DNA from: Octopus bimaculoides
Taxonomy: Eukaryota
Assembly: GCF_001194135.2 (NCBI RefSeq)
Contig: NC_068984.1
Location: forward strand, 130,242,304 to 130,304,055
Reading direction: 5' to 3'
Length of the DNA stretch: 61,752 bases
Shown: piece after piece, positions 11,800 to 23,050 of the stretch
How the letters are laid out: the number at the start of each line of letters is the position of its first letter
How positions within the stretch are numbered: position 1 is the first letter of the stretch
Notes under the pieces: generated by a model
Seen by the model: only the letters and a program-made list of their open reading frames with translations
What the model was told of the DNA's origin: nothing
Databases searched by the model: none
Program-made: the position numbers and the translations under genes

Positions 11800-11940
11800 A
11801 TTGCGTGTAAGACGTTCGCTTCTCGACCATGAAGTTTTGGGTTCAGTTCCATTGTGCAACACCTTGTGCGAGGATAATCTCTCATAGCTCCACATCGGGA
11901 ATTTGATAGACGGAAACTGTGCGGAAGCTCATCGTGTATA
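11800..11940 (+). mobile_element. Old SINE A-like head fragment truncating the inverted mariner arm
   Basis: GGGTTCAGTTCCATTG...CACCTTGTGC...TTTGATAGACGGAAACTG. Confidence 0.6.
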
Positions 11941-11947
11941 TGCTTTG

Positions 11948-11981
<34 letters not shown>

Positions 11982-12306
11982 TAGACAGACAAACAGGCAG
12001 ACAGACAGATAGCAACAGACACACCCGCGCACACACACAGATTTGAAAAGAAAATACGAAACCGGTTATTTCTCCAAAAACAATGTTACTATACTCAAAA
12101 TCTTATAACAATTTTCTAACATAACGATTTAAATATAAACTTTAACCATATAACACAAGCCTTCTGTAGTTTTTTCACTCTTTTTTATCTTTTATACATC
12201 CAACCACGTGCTTTTACATACCAACTTTCACACCTATATATATATGTATATATATTTACATACATACATATATACATATTTATACATATATATACATGTA
12301 CATGTA

Positions 12307-12360
<54 letters not shown>

Positions 12361-12814
12361 GAGTGTGTGTAATAAGTATTCGAGTTTAATCTTTGTCTTT
12401 TAATCATTTTCATATTTCCATACTAGCAAGGAATAACAGCATTCTTAGATCCATCGCCGTTTCTAAATGTTCTCGGTCTAATCTTCTAACTTAGGTACGG
12501 TTGATAATAATGTTTTTATTGCTGCATTTTTGTCGTAGTTAACTGGATTATGGGAATGACGTTCTGAACTGATAAATATTGCTGGATTAAACTTTTGTTT
12601 GACTGAAAAATGTCATTCACCGATTGGTAACTGTTCCCAATTCAAAATATATGTGCTATATCTGCGTGTTAATATTTGCTTTGAATTTTATTAGTAATAC
12701 AACTTCCATTAAATAACTTCATAGGAATTTTGCGGGCTTCCACGTAGAATGGTTGCGTTATCAACCAATGTTTTTTCTACTTCGTGCTCTATGATGTGTT
12801 GTAAAATCATTGAT

Positions 12815-13278
12815 TCTTTTACTTGTTTCAGTCATTGGACTGCGGCCATGCTCCCCACCCCCATCCGTCCTGAACGGTTTCGGTCAGCCAAATCGATCCC
12901 GGGTTTTTTCTTTACATTTTTTTTTTTAAGTTTGGCACTTATTCTATCAGTCTCTCTATCACACCAGCAAGTGATGTTTGGGGGGGGGGGCAAACACAGA
13001 CACACAAACATGCACACACACACACTCACACACACACACATATATATATAGTCAATTCAAACATGAACAAGCAAGAAAAAACACGAAAAAACAACGCGAG
13101 GACGTGGAAGAAGTACAGTGTTATTGGACGCTCAGGAAAGGAAAGAAAAGACGACGGGCTTTGGCCAGCCCGTAGCTATAGTAGAAGAAACTTGCCCAAG
13201 GTGCCACGCAGTGCGACAGATCCCGGAACCATGTGGCAGGTAAGCAAGCTACTTACCACACAACCACTCCTACGCCTA
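12815..13278 (-). mobile_element. SINE family A (diverged, internally rearranged)
   Basis: Tail at 12815-12860 and head at 13150-13278 on the minus strand. Confidence 0.8.
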
Positions 13279-13367
13279 TGCAAATATTCTTTTAAAACAA
13301 CTTTTCATTTAATTTTTCCAAAATTTAATTGTTTTCCATACTTACATATATATATATATAAACTTAT

Positions 13368-13470
13368 ATAAACTTAGATATGTTTCGACCAAAGATTGGT
13401 CCAGGCTATGTCTAACTTAATAGCACCACCCGATAGGATTATCTAAATCCTTTTTAAGTCAAGTTTTGTT
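13368..13470 (-). repeat. Unclassified repeat H
   Basis: About 100 bp shared with 47673-47770 (AACTTAGATATGTTTCGACC...TCAAGTTTTG). Confidence 0.75.
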
Positions 13471-13489
13471 TATGGTCCAAGTTTTGTTT

Positions 13490-13567
13490 ATAGGGAGAAT
13501 TCACAAAAAAAACAAACAAAAAAACACGAAGACAGGTGGTGTAGAAAACAAACAGATGTATTAGTAT
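13490..13567 (-). mobile_element. 3' part of the hammerhead-bearing element, inverted
   Basis: Reverse complement of CTAATACATC...CACCACCTGTCTTCG...GAATTCTCCC(TA)n seen in the other copies. Confidence 0.75.
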
Positions 13568-13939
13568 NNNNNNNNNNNNNNNNNNNNNNNNNNNNNNNNN
13601 NNNNNNNNNNNNNNNNNNNNNNNNNNNNNNNNNNNNNNNNNNNNNNNNNNNNNNNNNNNNNNNNNNNNNNNNNNNNNNNNNNNNNNNNNNNNNNNNNNNN
13701 NNNNNNNNNNNNNNNNNNNNNNNNNNNNNNNNNNNNNNNNNNNNNNNNNNNNNNNNNNNNNNNNNNNNNNNNNNNNNNNNNNNNNNNNNNNNNNNNNNNN
13801 NNNNNNNNNNNNNNNNNNNNNNNNNNNNNNNNNNNNNNNNNNNNNNNNNNNNNNNNNNNNNNNNNNNNNNNNNNNNNNNNNNNNNNNNNNNNNNNNNNNN
13901 NNNNNNNNNNNNNNNNNNNNNNNNNNNNNNNNNNNNNNN

Positions 13940-14114
13940 ACATTTATATTTTTTCTCCTTGTTTCTCTCCTTATTTCTTTCTGTGTTCCTTTCAGTTGAA
14001 GAGCGTAGGCTCGAAACGTCAAAGACTTTCTCTATTCCCGAGCGTTAAACTAATACATCCATTTGTTGTTTACACCACCTGTCTTCGTCTGTTGTTTTTT
14101 TCGTAAATTCTCCC

Positions 14115-14120
<6 letters not shown>
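13940..14120 (+). mobile_element. Third copy of the hammerhead-bearing element (motif 13989-14025)
   Basis: CTTT-CAGTTGA-A-GAGC-GTAG-GCTC-GAAA-CGT-C-AAAG; GUC triplet ends at 14020. Confidence 0.7.
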
Positions 14121-14147
<27 letters not shown>

Positions 14148-14602
14148 ACAACAACAACACAGCCACTCCTCAATGCTAGCACAATTGATGGTCTTTAAAC
14201 TCCACAATCAAGAGCCCTTCACAGTCCATCTATCCATTTCCTCATTTCTTCAGAATACTACAACTGACCCAGTGTCATCATTGTTATCATGTTCTACTGC
14301 TACTATCCTTACCACAACTAAACAATAGCAACAACAGGATCAGCATTGGAAGTCACTCTTCAATACTAGAACAATTGATGACCTATTAAACAACACAGTC
14401 TCTAGCTCTTCTCCACAGTCAAGTCACTTAGATTCTTAGAATAACACAAGAGATCCATCATCACTATTCTCGTCCTGCTATATGGTTACTACGATTACCA
14501 CTACTTCAACTCTAATTAGTGAAGAACCACTCCTTTCTCTTCGCCCTCCACTCCATTGTCCACCTCAGCCTAAATGGATACTTGACAGCTCCATGATGAA
14601 GC

Positions 14603-14888
14603 TAGCTTGGTTACCAACCACATGGTTCCGGGCTCAGTCCCACTGCGTGGCACCTTGGGCAAGTGTCTTCTACTATAGCCTCGGGCCGACCAAAGCCTTG
14701 TGAGTGGATTTGGTAGACAGAAACTGAAAGAAGCCTGTCATATGTATGTATATGTATATATATATATGTGTGTGTGTGTGTGTATGTTTGTGTGTCTGTG
14801 TTTGTCCCTCCAACATCGCTTGACAACCGATGCTGGTGTCTTTACGTCCCCGTAACTTAGCGGATCGGCAAAAGAGACCGATAGAATA
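14603..14888 (+). mobile_element. SINE family A, truncated
   Basis: Direct match from AGCTTGGTTACCAACC to AGACCGATAGAATAA. Confidence 0.9.
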
Positions 14889-14924
14889 ATCTTTCACAGC
14901 CTTGGATTTTTATCTCATTCTGAA

Positions 14925-15038
14925 AGCTTTGGTCGATCCGAGACTATAGTAGAAGACACTTGCCTAAGATGCCACACAGTGGGAGTGAAGTCCGGAACCA
15001 TGTTGTTGGGAAGCAAACTTCTTACCACACACCCACGC
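14925..15038 (-). mobile_element. SINE family A head fragment
   Basis: Reverse-complement head match. Confidence 0.8.
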
Positions 15039-15235
15039 CAAAAGTATTTTTGGATTTTTCTTTTTTTTTCTCAAAATACTTATTACACCGAACTAAAAGT
15101 ACCTATTGGTTAAATTCGTCATAGAAGAACACTGCAGAAGATAATGTTGAAATGATAATTCCTGCAGAACGTGGATGTAGTAACAGGAATAGGAAAGTGG
15201 GTGAAACTGTGTAAGCTGGGAGATCTTGCACAATA

Positions 15236-16096
15236 AAGAGGAAGAAGTACAATGAATCTCTTTAACAATATGGATTTTTTTCTTTTTACTTTTAGACATA
15301 AATTGCACCTCCAGTCTGGTTAATTTGTAAAGAATATTTAGGAAATGAAAATATGCAACCTGCTTAATTTGAAAGCTATCTTCATTCTAGACGTATTTCC
15401 TCTGCAGGCAAGTCTTTGATGTTTTTTTTTTTTTTCTTATTCAGGAATACTGAAGTCTTTGAAAGTATGAAAGCATGTTTGTTTTTTTGTTTGTTTTGTT
15501 TGTTTGTTTTTCTTTTGGGAAAAATATATACTAGGCTCAAGAAAAGAATTAAGAGCATCATATGAGTCTTATACTTAATTACAAAAGTTAAGGAACACGG
15601 TTGGCCGAAGAACTTCTATTGCCAGCGACAGGTTTTCAGAAAATTCACTGAAAGAGCCATGCAGATGAAATAAGAAAAAATAACCTGTTAAATGATACAG
15701 AATGTAATATATATATATATATATAATGCAGAAATCAGGAATACTAACTTGTGCGATTTATTGAAAGAATTAAAGAATGTACTTCAGAATTCAGGTATAA
15801 TAATCAACTGATATTGCGAATTCCAATCAACTATTGGCTTTTCTTGGGTATTCGTACGAAAGTAGAGTGCGAGACAAATAGTTTCTAAGGAAAACGTATT
15901 CATTTGAAATATGTGTACCGTTTGTTAAGGAAATAAATCTGGAATGGAATAACTGTGTTTGGGGTATGTATAAATACTGCAGTAATAATGACGGGCAAAT
16001 AACTTCAGATTTCAAGCTAAAGTCAAACTTGTACTCAATGTACCTCTTACGTTCATTCATGGCCAGATTTGTCGAGAGACATTATTGGCTAAAAAG
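15236..16096 (+). pseudogene. Fossil hAT (Buster/Charlie-type) transposase, N-terminal and central part
   Basis: Manual translation across stops and frameshifts: KRKKYNES..QYGF, LICKEYLGNENMQPA (BED-finger region), ASYE..YLI..LAEELLLPA, STDIANSNQLLAFL, LEWNNCV.GVC....MTGK, FIHGQICRETLLAKK. Confidence 0.8.
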
Positions 16097-16150
16097 GAAT
16101 TTGGTACTTCCCTGTTTTCGACAACCATTTTTTAAAATTTATTTACTAAA

Positions 16151-16480
16151 GGTGCAGGAGTGGCTGGGTGGTAAGTAGCTTGCTTACCAACCACATGGTT
16201 CTGGGTTCAGTCCCACAGCATGGCACCTTGGGCAAGTGTCTTCTACTATAGCCTCGGGCCGACCAATGCCTTGTGAGTAGATTTGGTAGATGGAAACTGA
16301 AAGAAGCCCGTCGTATATATATATGTATATGTATGTAAATGTGTGTGTGTGTGTGTGTGTTTGTGTGTCTGTGTTTGTTCCCCCCAACATCGCTTGACAA
16401 CCGATGCTGGTGTGTTTACGTCCCCGTAACTTAGCGGTTCGGCAAAAGAGCCCGATAGAATAAGTACTAGGTTTCCAAAG
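16151..16480 (+). mobile_element. SINE family A nested in the hAT fossil
   Basis: Direct match; 3' end runs into a gap. Confidence 0.92.
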
Positions 16481-17045
16481 NNNNNNNNNNNNNNNNNNNN
16501 NNNNNNNNNNNNNNNNNNNNNNNNNNNNNNNNNNNNNNNNNNNNNNNNNNNNNNNNNNNNNNNNNNNNNNNNNNNNNNNNNNNNNNNNNNNNNNNNNNNN
16601 NNNNNNNNNNNNNNNNNNNNNNNNNNNNNNNNNNNNNNNNNNNNNNNNNNNNNNNNNNNNNNNNNNNNNNNNNNNNNNNNNNNNNNNNNNNNNNNNNNNN
16701 NNNNNNNNNNNNNNNNNNNNNNNNNNNNNNNNNNNNNNNNNNNNNNNNNNNNNNNNNNNNNNNNNNNNNNNNNNNNNNNNNNNNNNNNNNNNNNNNNNNN
16801 NNNNNNNNNNNNNNNNNNNNNNNNNNNNNNNNNNNNNNNNNNNNNNNNNNNNNNNNNNNNNNNNNNNNNNNNNNNNNNNNNNNNNNNNNNNNNNNNNNNN
16901 NNNNNNNNNNNNNNNNNNNNNNNNNNNNNNNNNNNNNNNNNNNNNNNNNNNNNNNNNNNNNNNNNNNNNNNNNNNNNNNNNNNNNNNNNNNNNNNNNNNN
17001 NNNNNNNNNNNNNNNNNNNNNNNNNNNNNNNNNNNNNNNNNNNNN

Positions 17046-17378
17046 CAACGGAACAGCCTGCTCCTGAAATTAACGTGCAAGTGGCTGAGCACTCCACAGA
17101 CACGTGTACCCTTAACGTAGTTTTCGGGGATATTCAGCGTGACACAGTGTGACAAGGCTGACCCTTTGAATTACCGGCACAACAGAAACAGGAAGTAAGA
17201 GTGAGAGAAAGTTGTGTTGAAAGAGTATAGCAGGGTTCGCCACCATCCCCTGCCAGAGCCTCGTGGAGCTTTTAGGTGTTTTCGCTCAATAAACACTCAC
17301 AACGCCCGGTCTGGGAAACGAAACCGCGATCCTATGACCGCGAGTTCGCTGCCCTAACCACTGGGCCATTGCGCCTCC
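17046..17378 (-). mobile_element. SINE family C
   Basis: Near-identical reverse complement of 50573-50957. Confidence 0.92.
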
Positions 17379-17429
17379 ACCCATTTATTCGTAAATGTTG
17401 TATAAACAACATATAGCATTTGAGTTCAA

Positions 17430-17640
17430 GGCAACGAGATAGCAGAATTGTTAGCACGTCGGACAAAATTGTTAGCGGTGTTGCTTCCGGCTTTATGTTC
17501 TGAGTTCAGATCCCGCCGTGGCCAATTTCATCTTTCATTCTTCCGGCGTTGATAAAATAAGCACCAGTTGAGCAGTGAGATCGATGTAATCGATTATTAC
17601 CCTTCATACATATTTCAGGCCTAGTGCCTCTATTAGAAAG
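17430..17640 (+). mobile_element. SINE family B (diverged)
   Basis: GCAGAATTGTTAGCACG...GAGTTCAGATCC...TCGATGTAATCGA...GCCTAGTGCC. Confidence 0.8.
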
Positions 17641-17660
17641 AAAGAAGGAAAAAAAAAAAG

Positions 17661-18060
17661 ATGTCATCCGAGTTCAGTAAAACTTTATTGCTTTCAAAAG
17701 TGCGAGAGATGAGCTTTGAGATTTAAAAGAAAAGGTAATTCTTTTATTTCTTAATTAAAAAGAACAGAAATGTTTCAGAATTCTTTTGATGATGAGAATT
17801 GGCTTTAAAAATTATACCATTTGTCAGACACCTTTGAGAGACTAAATGAAATTGAATATGCCTCTGAAATGGTGTTAAACACAAAAATTTTTTACTTTGA
17901 AAGGTAAATTTGAAGCAGTCAGGAAAAAATAAACCTAAGGAAGCGTTCAGTACAAAACGATAAATTTAAAATGCTTTCATGTACTGATTGATTCTGCCTG
18001 TGAAAATAATTCGACCAAACCACCTGAGATTGTTCTTGGTTATATGATAAAAAATCTTCG
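17661..18060 (+). pseudogene. Fossil hAT (Buster/Charlie-type) transposase, continuation
   Basis: FDDENWL*KLYHLSDTFERLNEI and TKIFTLKGKFEAVRKK resemble the Buster WL.KLAYL.DIF..LN and IF....KI.AF..K segments; collinear with 15236-16096. Confidence 0.7.
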
Positions 18061-18109
18061 TGTTTTAACCCTTTATTATACAGATTACGCTGTCAAATGT
18101 AATGCCTAT

Positions 18110-18240
18110 TCTTTATTCTTTGTTTCAGTTATTAGGTTGCGGTCATGCTGGGGCACCGCATTGACGAATTTTAGTCGAACGAAACTCCTCCAGTGCTTAT
18201 TTCGAAGCCAGGTACTAATTCTATCGGTCTCTTTTGCTGA
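18110..18240 (-). mobile_element. SINE family A 3' module
   Basis: Reverse complement of the A tail. Confidence 0.75.
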
Positions 18241-18926
18241 AGAAATGTACAACCATCCAGATATCTGAGTACCTTATATTTTTTTCTAATACATCACCTC
18301 CAAACCTTCCAATATATATATATATATATAGGTCGGTCTGAGACTAAGAAGTGTCGAAGAAAACACTTGTCCAAAGTGCCGAGTAGTGGGACTGAACCTG
18401 CACCTATATTTCCTATCTATCTCAAAGATGTTTGTATACATGAGATTTTTAGTATTTCAGTCAATTTGGGCCGTATATAGGTACCATGCAGTTGCTAACA
18501 TTCGAAGGGCCAAACTACAATTCATGAACGTTTTCTCATCTTGCATTAGTGAGTTCGAATTGTTCGATGGGTCCACGCTTAAAAGACGGGCTTTCATATC
18601 TGGCGAATAAGCTAAGCTAGCTCTCTCTCTATCTCTCTTCCCCCTCTCTCTCTCACTCGTGCTCTCTCTCTCCCTTTCTCTCTCTCCCTTTCTCTCTCTC
18701 CCTTTCTCTCTCTCCCCTAGTCTCTTTCTCTCTCTCTTCCTTACAAACACACACACTCCCTCAAGGATAAGCTCTCTCATTATTAACCCTCTGAATGGCG
18801 GTGAGACAGCAGAAACGACTTCTCCCTCACCCACACACCGCCTTACAGTCTCACATTGACATACCGGTCGCCCCCCCTCTCTCTCTCCCATACACACAAA
18901 TCTCTCTTTCCTATCCCTACCTCCCA

Positions 18927-18998
18927 CCTTCTGCATCACTCCCTCCTTCTGCATCACTCCCTCCTTCTGCATCACTCCCTCCTTCTGCATCACTCCCT
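18927..18998. repeat. 18-bp minisatellite, 4 units (CCTTCTGCATCACTCCCT)
   Basis: Four exact tandem units. Confidence 0.95.
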
Positions 18999-19389
18999 CT
19001 TCCTCCCTGTCATTCGCCCTCCCTCCCTCTGCTTTTCCTTTCCTCCCTCTCTCCCTTCTCCTCCTCTCTCCTCTGTCTCTCTCACTCTCTCTCTCTACCT
19101 CCCTCCTTCCCTCTCCTCTCTCTTTCACCCTCTCCTNNNNNNNNNNNNNNNNNNNNNNNNNNNNNNNNNNNNNNNNNNNNNNNNNNNNNNNNNNNNNNNN
19201 NNNNNNNNNNNNNNNNNNNNNNNNNNNNNNNNNNNNNNNNNNNNNNNNNNNNNNNNNNNNNNNNNNNNNNNNNNNNNNNNNNNNNNNNNNNNNNNNNNNN
19301 NNNNNNNNNNNNNNNNNNNNNNNNNNNNNNNNNNNNNNNNNNNNNNNNNNNNNNNNNNCGCCACACAAAAAAAACCCTTACTTTTCTAC

Positions 19390-19561
19390 CACCACCGTCG
19401 CCGCCACCAACACCACCGCCACCATCACTACCACCCAGTACCTAAGCATTCCGGGAAAAAAAGAAACAAAAACCCTATCACCCACGTCATCATCCACATC
19501 ATCATCATCATCATCATCGTCGTCGTCGTCATCATCATCATCACCATCCTCCTCCTCCTCC

Positions 19562-19593
<32 letters not shown>

Positions 19594-19728
19594 TTCATCA
19601 TCATCATCATCATCGTCGTCGTCGTCGTCATCATCATCATCATCATCACCATCATTATTCTCATCATCATCATCATCATCGTCATTATCACCATCCTCCT
19701 CATTCCCATTATCATCATCATCGTCATC

Positions 19729-19760
<32 letters not shown>

Positions 19761-19815
19761 CATCATCATCACCACCATCACCATCATCATCGTCATCATC
19801 ATCGTCATCATCATC

Positions 19816-19847
<32 letters not shown>

Positions 19848-20115
19848 CATCNNNNNNNNNNCATCATCATCATCATCATCATCACCACCATCACCATCAT
19901 CATCGTCATCATCATCGTCATCATCATCATCATCATCATCGTCGTCGTCATCATCATCATCATCATCATCATCACCACCGTCGTTAATATCGTTATCTTC
20001 GTTAACATCGTTATCATCATCATCATCAATGTCAATACGACGCCCTACCTACGAGCGCGTTTATCGATTGAATCATAAGAAGCGCATGAACAAGAGTTAC
20101 AACAACAACAACAAG

Positions 20116-20165
<50 letters not shown>

Positions 20166-21470
20166 CGATATGATCCAGCAGCAACAGCACGAAAAAAAAC
20201 AACACTAACACAATAACAACAACAGCAACTACAACAACAATCTCTATAAGGAACTGCAGCAGTAACACAACTACAACACCGACACAATAACAACAAGACA
20301 ACAACTACAATAGCAACATCACAACTAGCAACATCACAACTAGCAACAACTACAATAGCAACATCACAACTAGCAACATCACAACTAGCAACATCACAAC
20401 TAGCAACATCACAACTAGCAACAACTACAATAGCAGCATCACAGCTAGCAACATCACAACTAGCAACATCACAACTAGCAACATCACAACTAGCAACATC
20501 ACAGCTAGCAGCATCACGACTAGCAACATCACAACTAGCAACATCACAACTAGCAACATCACAACTAGCAACATCACAACTAGCAACATCACGACTAGCA
20601 ACATCACGACTAGCAACATCACGACTAGCAACATCACAACTAGCAACATCACGACTAGCAACATCACAACTAGCAACATCACGACTAGCAACATCACGAC
20701 TAGCAACATCACAACTCCACGACCACCGCTATCACAACAGCAACAAGAGCAAGACGATAGCAACAGCAACAACAACAGAAATAATGGCGTAATAAGAATA
20801 GTTTTTTGTAGAAGCATCACAACTGCAGCAACAGCGGTAACACAACATCAGCTGCAACAAGAACTGCACCAATAGCAGCAGCAATGACAGCAGCAGCAGC
20901 AGCAGCAGCAATGACTGTAGGAACAGTGTCATCGCAGCAATAAGAAGAGTAGCAGCAGCAATGACAACAGCTGCACAATTTCAGCAGCGGCAATGATAAT
21001 AGAACCGACAACAGCAGCAGTAATGATAGCCATAACAGCAGCAGCAACAGCAACAACAGCAGCAGCAGCAGCAACGACAACAGCGGCAGAAGCAGTGACA
21101 ACAGCCGTAGCAACGATAACGGAAGCAACAGCAGCAGCAGCAGCAGCGACAACACCAGCAGCGACAACAGCAGCAGCGACAACAGCAGCAGCGACAACAG
21201 CAGCAGAAGCAGTGACAACAGCGCAAGAACAACAGCAGCAGCAACAGCAACGGTGGCAGCAACAACAACAAGAGTTGTTACAACAACTATAACAACAACA
21301 ATGATGGTGTTAAGAACTTATGCAACAGCAGCAGCAGCAGCAGCAGCAACAGAAGCAGCACAACTGCAGCAACAACGACAACATAAGCTCAGCAGTAACA
21401 AGAACTACATCAACAGCAACAACGACAATACCAACAGCAGCAGCAGTAGCCTGAGCAGTAACAACAACAT
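19390..21470. repeat. 2-kb compound trinucleotide array (CAC/CAT, CAA, CAG) containing a 15-bp minisatellite
   Basis: Unit CAACATCACAACTAG repeated tandemly from about 20310 to 20715; stops interrupt all plus-strand frames. Confidence 0.95.
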
Positions 21471-22065
21471 GGCTGTGTGGTAAGTAGCTTGCTTACCAAC
21501 CACATGGTCCCGGGTTCAGTCCCACTGCGTGGCACCTTGGGCAAGTGTCTTCTACTATAGCCTTGGGCCGACCAAAGCTTTGTGAGTGGATTTGGTAGAC
21601 GGAAACTGAAAGAAGCCCGTCGTATATATATGTATATATATATGTATGTGCGTGTATATGTTTGTGTGTCTGTGTTTGTCCCCCCNNNNNNNNNNNNNNN
21701 NNNNNNNNNNNNNNNNNNNNNNNNNNNNNNNNNNNNNNNNNNNNNNNNNNNNNNNNNNNNNNNNNNNNNNNNNNNNNNNNNNNNNNNNNNNNNNNNNNNN
21801 NNNNNNNNNNNNNNNNNNNNNNNNNNNNNNNNNNNNNNNNNNNNNNNNNNNNNNNNNNNNNNNNCCCCCCCCCCCACCATCGCTTGACAACCGATGCTGG
21901 TGTGTTTACGTCCCCGTAACTGAGCGGTTCGGCAAAAAAGAGACCGATAGAATAAGTACTAGGCTTACAAAGAATAAGTCCTGGGGTCGATCTGCTCGAC
22001 TAAAAGGCGGTGCTCCAGCATGGCCGCAGTCAAATGACTGAAACAAGTAAAAGAGAGTGAAAGAG
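21470..22065 (+). mobile_element. SINE family A, full length with internal gap
   Basis: Head at 21470-21622, 3' module at 21875-22065. Confidence 0.9.
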
Positions 22066-22384
22066 TAATGATAACGTAACAACAACAACATTCACAACAA
22101 CAACTTCTACTACAGCAGCAGTAATAACAACAACAACAACAACAACAAAATCCACTTGCACCATAGCGGCAACATTACGAGTCTTTGATTACATCAAAAC
22201 AGACATAACGTTTGACCTCCGATGGAAGCATCCAGAATTAGTTCCAATCGGAAACGAAACCACATTGTTAATGCAAGCTGACTTTTCAACGAACCATGGG
22301 ATGCGACCGAAATATCTTCTGCATCAGTATGGAGCCGGGATAGGGGGGATGGAGGAAACGGTCCGGGGGGGGGCGATGTGTAGA

Positions 22385-22410
22385 CAGACAAGCAGACAGA
22401 CAGACAGACA

Positions 22411-22447
<37 letters not shown>

Positions 22448-22743
22448 AGAGATTGGCGGAGAGACAGACAGCCAGACAGGCACTTGTCTCAGAAATGGAG
22501 TCTTTGGTACAGAAGCTTACTGGGTTAGGGGACTGGCTGCGAGTACGTGCGTGTGTATGTGCGTGTGTATGTTGGTGTGTGCGTGTGAGTGTGTGTGTCT
22601 TTGTGTGAGTGTGTGTGTATGTGTGTGTGAGTGTGTGTGTGTGCATGTGTACTTCTGGTGTGCGCGTGGATAACGAATGATAGGGGGAGAGAGAGACTGA
22701 AACAGAGAGAGAGAGAGAGAGAGTGGAAGGAAAGATTACTAAG

Positions 22744-22804
<61 letters not shown>

Positions 22805-22845
22805 AACACGCAGACAGACACACAGGCAGACAGACAGACAGATAA

Positions 22846-22882
<37 letters not shown>

Positions 22883-22969
22883 GACAGAGAGAGATAGATA
22901 GATAGATTGATAGATAGATAAATAGATAGATAGATAGACAGAACGATAGATAGATAGACAGAGATAGAT

Positions 22970-23027
<58 letters not shown>

Positions 23028-23050
23028 ACAGAGATAGATAGACAGATAGA
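22385..23050. repeat. Compound microsatellite (CAGA/CAGG/TG/GA/GATA)
   Basis: Visible tandem blocks. Confidence 0.95.

Noticed and set aside
12400-12790. Possible decayed retroelement ORF on the minus strand
   Set aside because: Only vague resemblance, many stops, no diagnostic motif.
20310-20715. Regular repeat array as CRISPR
   Set aside because: Units are contiguous with no unique spacers, no cas genes, eukaryotic context.
19428-21483. Poly-His/Ile/Gln/Ala/Thr ORFs as a low-complexity or mucin-like gene
   Set aside because: They are translations of trinucleotide arrays; frames are interrupted by stops and there is no unique coding anchor or splice context.
22167-22326. Resemblance of DITFDLRWKHPEL to Cys-loop receptor or AChBP strands
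   Set aside because: The diagnostic W.PD motif is absent; similarity is too weak to name a product.
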